This document shows, in pieces, positions 1-11,040 of a stretch of 64,000 nucleotides of DNA. The notes beneath the pieces were generated by a model that searched no databases, was not told the DNA's origin, and saw only the letters and a program-made list of their open reading frames with translations. Source of the stretch: Rebecca billardiae RCC1528 (Eukaryota; Protista; Haptophyta); the NCBI GenBank assembly GCA_965240325.2, contig OZ251226.1:372001-436000 (forward strand), given 5' to 3'. A program made the position numbers and the translations under genes. Position 1 is the stretch's first letter. Each line of letters opens with the position of its first letter.

Positions 1-1
1 C

Positions 2-928
2 TCGTCCCGACTGCGCGACGAGGCGCTGCCCGTGCGCGCAGGTGAGCAGGTGCTGCACATTGCGATGGCAGCCAGCCCGATTCGCCGCGCCACGTCCGCA
101 CTCGGCGAGATCATTCGGTGGGCATCCAATTCCAAGCAGTACGAGCTGCGCGCGGGCACGCGCGCGCAGCTGCCCTCGTCCCGCTTTCTCCTCAACGTCC
201 TCGGCTCCCGCCGCCGCGCCGAGCTCAAGGCCATGCATCCGGGCGGCGTGCGAGAGTGGCCGACCGCCGTGTTTGACGAGATCCTGAGCAGGATCGAGGC
301 CGAGCACGACGATTGGCTGCTCGCAGGGCTCGGGCCGCGCCGTGCGGATGTCCTGCGCTTCATCGCGGCGGCGTGTCGCGCGGCTGTAGGCGTGGGCTCC
401 GCGCGCGACGAGCTGCGCACGCTGGAGCACCGCGAGGAGCCCAGAGTGCGCGCCTTCTTGCACGCGGTCGAGTGCTCGTACGCCTTCTTCTCCGCCAAGC
501 ACGCGCTCAGCGCGACCGTGCACGCAATCTCGAGCTTCGATGCCAACGCGCGCGCGCTGGCGCCGACTGAGCAGTACCTGGCTCGGGGTCCGACGATGAC
601 ACAGCGCGTGACGCCGCGGGCGCAACGCCTCATCCACAGCGAGGCGCTGCGCGAGGAGCTCGAGGCGACACTTCACTCGGCGGGCATGGCGGCCACAGTG
701 CGGCGCTGCGGCCTCCCCGGCCGTGCCAATAAAGCGCGAGACAAGGGTAAGGGCTCGGTCAGCTTCACGCACGCTCGCGACGAGCTGCTCTGGGACCGGC
801 CCGAGTTGATGCAGATGGTGTGCAGAGCGTTCATCCAGGACTTTGTGTGCTTTGGATACGAGCTGCCGCCTGCATGCAACGACACGCTGCATCCAGGCTG
901 GAGGTGTCCGCCCGCCTCGTCCAGCTGA
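2..928 (+). CDS. Sulfotransferase-like protein, 5' truncated by window edge
   Basis: Frame is open from position 2 to TGA at 928. It has a 'SPIRRATSALGE' PAPS-binding-like segment and a C-terminal 'VCRAFIQDFVCFGYELP', typical of algal Sulfotransfer_2-like proteins. Confidence 0.45.
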   Translation, partial: SSRLRDEALPVRAGEQVLHIAMAASPIRRATSALGEIIRWASNSKQYELRAGTRAQLPSSRFLLNVLGSRRRAELKAMHPGGVREWPTAVFDEILSRIEAEHDDWLLAGLGPRRADVLRFIAAACRAAVGVGSARDELRTLEHREEPRVRAFLHAVECSYAFFSAKHALSATVHAISSFDANARALAPTEQYLARGPTMTQRVTPRAQRLIHSEALREELEATLHSAGMAATVRRCGLPGRANKARDKGKGSVSFTHARDELLWDRPELMQMVCRAFIQDFVCFGYELPPACNDTLHPGWRCPPASSS

Positions 929-1019
929 CGCGCCGTCGTTTGTTTGCTGGCTGAGGATGATATATATGAAAAAAATCATCGCATATATATATATATATAT
1001 ATTGACGATATATATATTA

Positions 1020-3192
1020 TGGCCCGCGGTGCAGGGCGGAGCGCGTAGCGTGGAGCCCCGCCGGGGGCCCTCACTACGTTGTCAAAAAGCAGATCTTTTG
1101 ATCAAAGAAAAGGGGACGGGGGACGATTTTGAGGGCTGTTGGAGGGTGAGTTTTCGCTTTTTCGAGGGGTACATTCGCCCATTGCTCTGCATTAGCAAGA
1201 CGCGATTGACGAAATAGCCGCGCCCGGGCCATTTCGCATATGTCGATGGACGGACGTGCATTTGTCAGTATATCTGGGTGAACGAATCTGCGATTTGTTG
1301 TAAATCTTCATAGCATATTGCCAAATAGGACGAGGACCCAGCGCGTGCGCTGGAGGTCCTGGGCTCCTGGCAAAAAGTCTTCGTCAAGTACTCAACTTTA
1401 CTAACGACGAACCTTTATTGCGCGCTGCCAAATTACTCAACTTTACACCTGAATGACCCCAGTGGGCGGAAATGGCCATATCTCCCGGAGATCGGGAGTA
1501 CTCACACGTGTGAGTCATGTTTCGTCCTTTTTTCCGAGACGTTGATTGGTCAAACGCTCAGCATTCTATGTCCACAATTCCATATCGACACAACACAACT
1601 CCTACCAACCTGTGTACTAAAAACCTTGGGTTAGCTGCACAACGACCAATCATTATCAGCGCGCAGCGAGCGGAGAGACTCGAAAACCGAGAATCACTCA
1701 CGCATTTACTATGATGTTTGCTCTTCGCCCATGCCAACTTTGCTATTGACAAAAACGCAGCGGCTTGGTTACGACCCATAGAAAGACGACCACCAATCAG
1801 CACACAGCAAACGAGACAACCTTCACTTTCGAGCGGGCGAAAGGAGCTTTGGCCTTCAACCCGCAGGCATATGCGTTCTGGCGCTGGCCTTCGTTCGGCG
1901 CCCGAGCATCATCGGTAGACGTGTGGCGTGCCGGCCCACGGTCCGCCGCCCTCGCCCTGCTCATCTTCATCGTCTCCTCATCCTCCTCGTCGTCCGCGCC
2001 GCCGCCGTGCGCCAGCGCCTCCGCCAGCGCGGCGCCGCGCAGGTGCTCGCGGAACAGCGCGACGGCGCCAGAGCGCGCCGGCCGGCGTGGCGCCGGCGGG
2101 CGGGCGCGCGGCGCTCAGCGCGGTGCCGAGCAGCCCGCCGAGCGCGCGCAGCTGCGCACCCGCCGGCAGCTCGAGCAGCGCCGCGTGGCACGCGCCCGCG
2201 CCGGCGGCGCCGAGCTCCGCGCACAGCACGGACAGCCCTCGTGCCCACGCCGCCGCGCGCCCGCCCGCGCCCGCGGCGTGCAGCGCGCCGAGCGCGGCGC
2301 CGAGCGCGGCGCGCGCTGCGGACGTGTCGGCGGCGCACAGCGCACCCGCCGCCGCGCCCAGTGCACACGCGGCACACGCGAGCAGCTTGAGCACGCTCGC
2401 GCATGCCAACTGCGAGTGCGGAGGCGCTGGGCGCCGAGCTGGCGAAGCGCGGCGCCGAGCTCGACGCGCTGCGCAACGCGGAGACGGACGCGCTGGGCGC
2501 GCGTGGCGCCCTCGTCGCGACGCCCCGTGCAGCAGCTCGAGCAGCCAGCTGTGGAGTAGACGGCCGTCGAGGCGATCGGCGCCGGGCGCCAGCGCGCACG
2601 GGCTCAGCCCGTGCCGCTGGCTCGGGCCGCCGCAGCCGTCTTCGAGGCCGACGCGGCGGAGGAGGCGGCGGGCGAGCACGGCGGCGCGGTGGAGCAGGCG
2701 CGCACGCGCGGCGGCAGGCGCGACGCGCCGCTCGCCTCGTTCCACCCCGAGCTCCGCTCGGTCTCGGTGCGCGGCTGCCGGCAGCGCAGGCCGGGGCAGC
2801 ACTGCGCGGCGCGCGCTCTCGCTCCGTCTGCCGGCACGAGGTGCGCCGGCTGAGTGAGCGACCAGCGGCCCGTCGTCGAGCGCATGGCGCCGCGCGAGCA
2901 CGTCAAGCAGACTGTGCGCCCGCACGCGCGCACGCGCTGGCCCGCGCCGCGCGGCGCCTATCGCCCTGCCTGCGCGCGCGCGCCGCCCCGCGGCGGCCGC
3001 TTCCCCGCGCGGCGGCCCGCCGGCGACAGTCCTCGGCCCGCCGGCCCGGTGGGCGGTAACTGAGTTGTGGCGGTGGCAGCTCCGAGGCAAACGAACTGTT
3101 ACACATGTCCGACTGAGACAGCAGCCGACGGAGGGTGCACCGCGGGCCCCTAACTGCGTTGGTTCTACGGAAGGACCGCGGAACGCGGTCAT
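1020..3192 (+). mobile_element. Non-autonomous Helitron2/Helentron-like element, copy 1
   Basis: Begins TGGCCCGCGGTGCA. The inverted copy TGCACCGCGGGCC lies at ~3136-3148, followed ~25 bp later by the hairpin GACCGCG-GAA-CGCGGTC and AT. Flanks are AT-rich. The same ends occur at 11041, 29674 and 40667-42242. Confidence 0.7.
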
Positions 3193-3557
3193 ATTAATAG
3201 TATATGTGATCGATGGTCGTGACGGGCTCTGCGCGCGCATCGTCAATGTCATCCGAGCAGCATCAATATGACTAGCCTGCTATGATGAGTCGGGGTGGCG
3301 GTCGCGTGATGACGACTCGTCGTACTGACGATGACGATATGTAGCAGTCGCGAATTTATATATTAGTTTTGCACGCGCGTAGCTAACGTCGTAACTAAGT
3401 ACGACTACTCACGAGACCGAGTCAGTATAGTGACGATGCTGATGATGACGATGAGGTATAGTCGTACACGACGCTGATGCTGCTGATGCTCGAAAGATAC
3501 ATCGGCAGCGCGCGCAGTACGTACGTAGTGTGACGTCACTCGTCGTAGCAGTATTCA

Positions 3558-5174
3558 CTAGAAGTCGGCGCCGCCGCCACCACTGCGTGTAGTCGTCGAG
3601 TTAGTCGTCACCGAGTAGCGCTCGATCGCTCTCAAGACCCGTGGCAGCAGCACATGCTCGAGGTCGGTCGTGTTCACAAAGGACATGCAGCTCGAGTCGA
3701 ACTTCCACTTGCCGAACTCCGTGCACGAGTCGACGTGGCCGGCAGCATAGTGCATGTTCGCGGCGAGCGCGATTGGCAAGTGACCCGTATCCTGGCCCAA
3801 CCGGAAGGAGCGGTGGAAGAGCTCAATCAGTGCAGCGTTGCGCCGCAGGAAGATGCTGTTGGACAGGGCCTGGCCGTGCACGCCGATCATCACGCGCGCG
3901 CCGGCGGCAAGGTGCACTTGCCCGCAGTAGTCGAGGTCTCCAAACGTGGCGAAGCGCACGGCGAGCTTCTTGGAGTCCTTGGCGAAGCGCGCAGCCACGC
4001 GCTCAAGCGCACCGCGCACCTCGGCGAGGTTGCTCACGGCGCGCGAGCCGTTGACTGTGCCGCGCCAGTACGGCTCGTGCGTCCGTACCTCGAAGAGGAT
4101 GTACTGCGTCTCCCGGTGCGGAGACACGTGGCAATAGGCGTACGCGCGCTCGCGCAGCACGTCGAAGGCGCGTTGGTCTGCGGAGTACCTGGAGAACTTC
4201 TGAGCGACCGCCTCGAAGCAAAGCTGCACCGGCGGAGCCTTCGCACGCGCCGCCGGTGCCCTGCTTCCGCCGCTGCCTGTGCGCGTGTCGGCCGCGAGCG
4301 CCTCGCGCGCCAGGTCGTAGATCGAGACTGGCGGCACGCCCGTCGGTGGCTGCTGGTGCTTCGGCTTCGAATCGGCCGCCAGCCCGATGAGCGTCTGCAG
4401 CAGCGCGTGCGGAAGCTGTGCACGCAGGTGCTCCAGCGGCCAGCCTCGGATCTGTGTGGGGCCCCTCATCGTGTCGAGCGCGACCATGCGCTCGATCGGG
4501 ACGCGCAGGACGCTGTGCACGTGCAGCATGGCGACAATGTCGCGATTGAAGTGGTTCAGGTTGGTCGAGTGCTTCTCCGCCATCAGCAGCGTCAGCCCGC
4601 GAAACCAGCGGGTCGTGACCCTGCCCTGCGACGTGTTTGCGGGCGCTGCAGCCGCTGCAGACGGAGGCGGTGTCCCAGCAGTCGGCATTGGGTCGGGGTC
4701 GGGATCAGCCCTGTGGTCAAGTTTGTAGCAATACGGATGCTGCAGAAGCACCACGCGCTGTGGGACGGCGCACGGCACGAGCTGGCGCATCTCCTCGACC
4801 CACACTCCGTGGTAGCCAAACGTTGACTGGCCGTTCGCGATGCAGGTGCTTCGAACCCGTCCATTTCTTTGGACTTTCAGGCGGTATCGGCGCCATTGTA
4901 ACCCCGACCGCTGCACCGCCACGCACACCTTCGTCGTGACCAGCACCTTCTCCTCTTGAAAGAGGCGCTCCACCGAAGGCAGCGAGGAATGGTTGTTCGC
5001 CGAGAGGAAGTCAACGATGCGCGAGCTCACAGACGCATTCGCTGCAGGGTGCAAGAGGCATGCCGGGTGCTCAGACCGTTCGCTTCTCACTTGCGCCTCG
5101 AGAGGCCATTGGACCACGGCGAGCAGCAACACATGAAGATGACATACCACGGGGCGTCTCCGCATGGCCACCAT
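3558..5174 (-). CDS. Glycosyltransferase family 61 (DUF563-type), signal-anchored
   Basis: 538-aa ORF with a hydrophobic N-terminus, 'NLNHFNRD', and the GT61 C-terminal motif 'QVHLAAGARVMIGVHGQALSNSIFL...LIEL'. Confidence 0.8.
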   Translation of the reverse strand: MVAMRRRPVVCHLHVLLLAVVQWPLEAQVRSERSEHPACLLHPAANASVSSRIVDFLSANNHSSLPSVERLFQEEKVLVTTKVCVAVQRSGLQWRRYRLKVQRNGRVRSTCIANGQSTFGYHGVWVEEMRQLVPCAVPQRVVLLQHPYCYKLDHRADPDPDPMPTAGTPPPSAAAAAPANTSQGRVTTRWFRGLTLLMAEKHSTNLNHFNRDIVAMLHVHSVLRVPIERMVALDTMRGPTQIRGWPLEHLRAQLPHALLQTLIGLAADSKPKHQQPPTGVPPVSIYDLAREALAADTRTGSGGSRAPAARAKAPPVQLCFEAVAQKFSRYSADQRAFDVLRERAYAYCHVSPHRETQYILFEVRTHEPYWRGTVNGSRAVSNLAEVRGALERVAARFAKDSKKLAVRFATFGDLDYCGQVHLAAGARVMIGVHGQALSNSIFLRRNAALIELFHRSFRLGQDTGHLPIALAANMHYAAGHVDSCTEFGKWKFDSSCMSFVNTTDLEHVLLPRVLRAIERYSVTTNSTTTRSGGGGADF

Positions 5175-5261
5175 CGTCGGCTGGGGGCGGCAAATCCGGT
5201 GCAGGAGCCGGTCATCCGCCCCGGCGGCGGGAAGCTGGAGAGGCGCGCGAACTTGACCACG

Positions 5262-5582
5262 ATGGCGATGAGGATGACGCGAGACTGCCCACGCGCGGCG
5301 CGTGAATCAGCTGCAACGCTGCTACTCTTCGTGCTGCCCATCGAGTTGACCGCGCACCTGCTCTCATTCCTGGAGCCATGCGCCCTCGCCGCCGCGAACG
5401 GCGCCGAGTACTGAGTACGGCCCTTAGCTGAGTGTGCGCTGCGCAAGCGAGCGCACGACCGCGGGCACGAGCATGTGATGCCCACGGTACTACCTCGCGA
5501 CGTGCGCACACGGAGCGAGGAGCTCTTTGCGCGCGAGCGCGTGCTCGACTGGCACGTGCGCAAGCCTCATTCCGCACTCTGA
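5262..5582 (+). pseudogene. Degenerate F-box-like gene fragment
   Basis: 'LFVLPIELTAHLLSFLEPCALAA' resembles an F-box. An in-frame TGA lies inside the micro-duplication GAGTAC-T-GAGTAC (5406-5418), and coding-like sequence continues after it. Confidence 0.35.
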
Positions 5583-5655
5583 TCGTCGGTCACTCGGTGG
5601 CCGCCAGTGGGGCGCCGTGTAATCGGCGGGTGACGGCGCGCATCCGCCGATCTAA

Positions 5656-8600
5656 TCATGCCACCGGCTGCTCAGCTGGCCCGGAGATGCCGGCTCTGAT
5701 GATGCCTAAGCGGCGGCGGCGGCGACGACGTATCATCGCTACCATGCGGCGATACTCGACACTGTTGTAGCAGGAGAGCACACGCGCCGCCCGCGTGGTG
5801 CGGTGGTGCAGCCGCAGGAGCTGCAGGCTCCTGCCGGCAGCCATGGTCACGCGCCAGCGCCGAGCAGGGCGCCGCAGAGGCTGGTGGCGCGCTCGGCGCG
5901 GGGGCTCGGTGGCAGAGCGCACCGCCAGCAAGGCGCGCGAGACCGCTCGCCGCGTCTTGCGGTCCTGTAGCTCCAGGGAGCCCGTCGCCAGCGGCGCGGC
6001 GCATCTCTGCGGCAGGAGGGGCTCGTGAGGCGGGCGCGCGCGCGCGTTCGGCGCGGCCGGTGCGTCTGCTTGTGCGGCACAGCTCGCGGCCGGCAGTGCC
6101 CGCGTGGCGCAGGAGGCGATGGGCGCGCCGCGCGCCCTGTCCGTGCGATCCACCTGCAGCTCCGCCAGCGCAGCCACGCTGTCAAGCACCAGGCCCCGCG
6201 CACGCAGATCTGCGACCAGCTCGGACACGCCAGGTGGCGTGGGCGCGGCCGCGCCGGGCGCGCCGGGCGCGCCGGGCGCGCCGGGCGCGCCGGGCGCGCC
6301 GGCCGCGCCGCCCAGGAACGGTGGCGCATCACACTCGGCCGTCACAGGCGCGGCCGCTACGGCGGCGGCGCTTGCGCACCCCGAGCGCAGGAGCGTCTCA
6401 GCGTGAGCGAGGAGGATCAGCGTCGACTGCGCGCGCGTGAGCGCCACGTTGATGCGACGAAAGTCTCGGAGGAAGCCGACACTGCCGCCGTGCGCGCCGC
6501 TGCCGCCGCGCGCGCCGCTGCCGCTCCGGTGCGCGGCGGGCGCGCGCACGAAGGAGACGAGGACGATGCGCGCCTCCCCGCCCTGGAACGAGTCGACCGT
6601 CGCCACCGAGACCGACCGCAGGCCCGCCGCGCCCAGCCGCGCGCGGATGAGCTCCACCTGAGCGCGATAGAAAGTGATCACTCCGACTTGAGCTGCGAGC
6701 GCGCGTGCGCGTGCGCGTGCGCGTGCCAGCGGCCGCGCGTGCGAGCGGTCGCGGAGGGAGGGGCGGGGAGGGCGCGGGGTCCGCATAGACGGGGCGCGAG
6801 CGAGCGCGTGAGCGAGGGATGGAGGGGCGCTCGCGACTCAGAGCGAGTGGTGGCGCGCGCGGGGCGGTGTGTGTGTGTGTGCGTGCGTGCGTGTGTGTGT
6901 GTGTGCCGATGGGACCCTTGGCGGCGCGGCAGCAGGGGCGACGGGCGATGGCCGCACGGCGCGGCGCGGGCGCACGCTCCGGGGGCTGCGCGCCGACCCC
7001 GCGCCGTGGCCGCGACGGCCGGGGCCGCGTGCTGGCGCGCGCGCAACGCGGCAGCGCGCGCCGCGCGGCGTTGGCGCGCACTCCGGTCCTCCACCGCCAC
7101 GCCCCAGCGCGTGCGCAGCGCGCTGAGCACGGCCACGGCCAGCTCGGCCTCCGCCTCGTTGCACAGAGAGCCGCGCGCGCGCGCGTCGGCGCGCTGCGCG
7201 CCGTGCGCCACGTCCAACAGTCGGAGAGGCCCCAGCGCGGCTGGGGCGTGCCCCACGTGCCACGGCTCGGGCGCGCGGCCCAGGACCGACGGCGCCGTCT
7301 CGAGGCGGACGGCCGGGTAGTAGGCGCGCGCGGGCCACTCGACCACCTCCGCGTGCATGCGGTACTGCGTGCGCAGGGCTGTGTACTCGTGCGGACAGTC
7401 GGCGCGCTGCATCAGCCGCGCCATCAGCGAGCGGCCGAGCCCCGCGCGCGCCGCCGCCGCCGAGAACACCAGCGCCGGCAGCTGGCACGGGTCGCCCACC
7501 AGCAGCAGCACGCGCGGCGGGCACGCCGCCACCGGTATCAGCGTCTCAGGCTCAACCGCCTGCGCCGCCTCGTCGACGAGCAGCAGCGAGCATCCGGCAG
7601 AGGCGGCGCCGCCGTCGCGGCCGGAGCGCGGCGCGCACGCCTCGCGCACGAGCGCGCGGCCCGCGGACGCGAGGGTGCAGAAGAGGAACTGCGAGGTGCG
7701 CACGAGCTCGGCGCTCAGGCCGGCCGCCGCGGCCGTCTCTCGGGCGCGGCGCTCGCGAGCGTGCCCGCCCGGCGCTCGGCCAGGGTCTCTCACGCCATCG
7801 TCGCTGTCGCGGTCGTCGTCGTCGTCGCCGGCGCCGTCGTCGTCGTCGTCGCCGTCGCCGCCGTCGTCGCCCTCCGCCGGCTCCTGCTCGCCCGCCTCTG
7901 CCGCCCAGCCGGTGGCGTTGGCCGCGTGCGCGCCGGCGGCACCGGCTGGCGCGGCACGGCCATCCAGCCAGCTCGCGGGCCCGCCACCGCCGCCGCCGCC
8001 GCCGCACGCCGCGGCGGCGAGCGCGCCACCGGCGGCTGGCGACTCTGCGACGGATGCGCGTGCGAGCGCGGCATCGCAATCGAGCGCGGCGCTGAGCACA
8101 GCCGCGGCGGCCGGCGCCGCGCCGCCGCCGCCGCGCTCGCGCTCGGCGCACGGCCAGCGCCGCAGCGTGCGCCGCAGCGCGCGCATCGGCGTGCGCAGCG
8201 CCGCATGCCAGAGCATCGGCGCGTGCGCGCGCACGCGCGCGCGCAGCGCCTCCAGAGCGCTCAAGGCGAGCGCGCACGCCTCACGCAGCGAGCGCCCAGC
8301 GGCCGGCCGTACGAGTGGGCCCGGCGGCGGCGGCGAGGCGCGCTCGGCGCGCGGCGGGCCTCGTGCCGGCGCGTGCGCGGACGGTGGACGCGGCGCCGGC
8401 AGCGCCGCCAACGCGGCGCGCAGCTCCGCGCGCGCCCGCCCGGCCCAGCCATGCACCCACACGCTGCGCGCGGCAGCGCTCATCATCCCGACGTCGCCGC
8501 CTGAGCGCCCGGCCGCCCCAGCCTCCGAGGCGTGATCGCCGCCGGGGGCGGCAGTGGCCCCCGATGAGCGCGGACGAGGGTGCCCGGCGCTCGTGTCGCT

Positions 8601-8841
8601 CGCCGCCTCGCGCCGGGGCGCGCCGTGCGTGTGCGGAGCGCGCGCGCCCGCCTCAGGGCCGCGCTCTTCGACGCCGACCAGAATGGCGAGTGCGGACGGC
8701 GGCGGGCAGCGCGCGGGGCGCAGCGACGGCCTCGGCTCGGGCCAAGCGGGCGCGGCGGCGCCCTCCGCGCCGCCGGCCGCGGCTCGGCCGTCAGCGCCGC
8801 CGGGCGTCGGTGCGAGATTGGAGTCGAGATGGCCGCCGCGC

Positions 8842-8903
<62 letters not shown>

Positions 8904-10454
8904 TGTGGGCATTGGTGTGGGCAGCTCGACCGCCTGGAGGATCCGGCCGAGCAGCAGCTGGACGGCGGCGTTCGACGGCGCGCACACCGTGACGCGCGGC
9001 GGCGCGGCGGGCAGCGACGGGGCCCCAGCGGCAGGACCGGCGCTCCGCGTGCGCCGCCGAGCCGTCGGCGCAGGCAGCCGCGCGGCTGCGGCACACAGAA
9101 GGGCGACCAGCATGGTCGTCTTGCCTGTGCCCGGCGGGCCCTGGATGAGCAAGAGCTGCTGCTGCTGCCGCTGCGGCGGTGGCAGCTGCGGCTGCGGCTG
9201 CGGCCGTGCATGCCCGGCGCCAGCGGGCGCGTGCGCCCAGTCGCAGCCCGCTGCGGCGCACGCCGCCAACACTCTGTCCACAGCCGCGCACTGAGAGCCA
9301 TTGAGCGCGTGCCGCGTGCGCGCCGCCGCGCTGCGCAGAGCAGCTGCGCGCGCGCGCAGGGCGCGCCGACTCTCCTCGTCGTCCTCGTCCTCGTCCTCGT
9401 CCTCCTGCTGCGCCGCACCCGCCGCCGCCTCCCTCGCTGCCGCCTCCTCGGCTGCTCCCCCGCTGCCGAGCCGCTCGTCCACGTGCATGCGCTCTGCCAT
9501 GGCCTCAGCCTGGGGTGCAACCGCCAGCTCAGCGCCGCTCGGTGCCGGCTGTGCCCGGCCCCTGCCCATGAGCTCCGGGCCGGGGGCGCGGGCGTGCGCA
9601 TCCTGCACGGAGATCTGCATCGGGCCAGAGCCGTCCTCGCCGGCGCTGTCCTCCCCATCGCAGCTCCCCTCGTCGCCGTTGCCGCCGTTGCCGCCGTCGC
9701 CGCCGCTACCATCGCTGCTGCCGCTACCGCCACCATCGCTGCTGCCGCTTACAAAGCGCGTGTGACGCGCGGCCTGCACACCCAGCAGCGCGCGCTCGAA
9801 AGGCAGGCGCGTGCCCAGCCGCTCGATCGCCGCCCACATGCGCTGGCACGCGAGGAGCGAGCACAGCGGCCACGCACGCCACAGCGCGCCGCCACCGCCG
9901 CCGCCCCGAGCGCCGCTGCCACCGAGCTCCCGCGCGCCAGGCGCCGGAGGCGTAGGAAGCTCCGAGCAGCCCAGCTGCAGGGCGAGCCGCGCCGGCCCAG
10001 AGGCGCCCGTGGCGGCTGGGTGTACGATGGCCACGTGGAGCACGTCTTGGCTCGCGCGGATCGGCGTGATCTCCGCCGGCACGAGCAGAAAGCAGCCGCC
10101 GGCGCGCCGCGTGCGCGCCTGCTGAGGGCTTGGCCTGCTGCGAATCACAAAGATGTGCGCACCGCGCGTGCCGCCCGCCGTCGCCGGCCCCGCGTGCTCG
10201 AGGAGGAGGGGCCGAGCCGCCTCGCTCGCCGGACCCCGACCCGCCAGCACCGCACGGGCGGCATCGCTCACCATGTGCCTCGCCTCCTCGACCACCACAG
10301 CCTGGAACGCTGCGCGGTGCTCGGCGCGCGTCGCGAAGCACTCTGCGAGCGGGGCGAGCGGCACTGGCGGCGATTCGGCGAGGAGGTCGGGCAGCCCTCG
10401 CGCGAGCAGACGGCTCGTCAGGCTCGCGGCCGCCTGCTTGCGCCGCCGCCCCAT
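5656..10454 (-). CDS. UPF1/Sen1 (DNA2/NAM7)-like superfamily 1 helicase; exons ~7082-10454 and 5656-6692
   Basis: Motifs IQGPPGTGKT, CAPSNAAV, LVDEAAQ, LVGDPCQL, QYRMH, NEAEA, VGVITFYRAQV, TVDSFQGGE, RRINVALTRA. A GT-AG intron at 6693-7081 joins the two ORFs in frame (EDR-T-QVGVI). The start (MGRRRKQ) and the C-terminal tail are uncertain. Confidence 0.85.
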
Positions 10455-10560
10455 GCAGCTGGGCACGCGCGCTCGCGCAGCGTCGCGCGGACGTGGACGC
10501 CGCGTGGTCCGTCTCAGCAGTCTCAGCAGCGCTCCTGATGGTGTTCTGTACTCTGCTGTA

Positions 10561-10952
10561 CACGCCTTAACCAAGTGTGCACGTTAAATCATAGTAAACT
10601 GTACCATCGCGCGCTTCATGGGCGGTGACAGTTGGCGGGCGTCAATCTCGCCTGCCTGAGCTGTGTGCGTCTCTTATTCTTAGTAAACTGTAAGGCGTGA
10701 TTAACGCCATCCAACACTGCACAAAGACACCGCCACAAAACAGACCGGCGCAGGCAGGTGAGGGGCGCGTTGCCGCACCTCGTCGAGGCGGCCATTGCAG
10801 CAAGCGGCCTCCCCGCGCTCGGAGGCACGCGCTCGAGAGCGCGCTCTGACACCGCCACACGCTGAGTGAGTGACACGGGGAGGGTGCTGCACCTGTCAGA
10901 AGACAGACAGAAGGCGTATCCCAGCCACCTCTAGCGAGAGTGCAGCCGCGCC
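10561..10952. repeat. Cluster of GTAC-ended dispersed repeat fragments
   Basis: 10561-10604 matches 52247-52290 and 61208-61251. 10616-10692 matches the reverse complement of 27337-27420. 10691-10952 matches 22134-22320 and the reverse complement of 52119-52255. Confidence 0.8.
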
Positions 10953-11040
10953 AATTCAGTATAGTAGTAGTGATGTAGTGAGCAAAGTAAGACTGAGTTA
11001 GACCGTCGCGTCGGCGGTCGCGTAGTCAGCCGTAGTCTTT

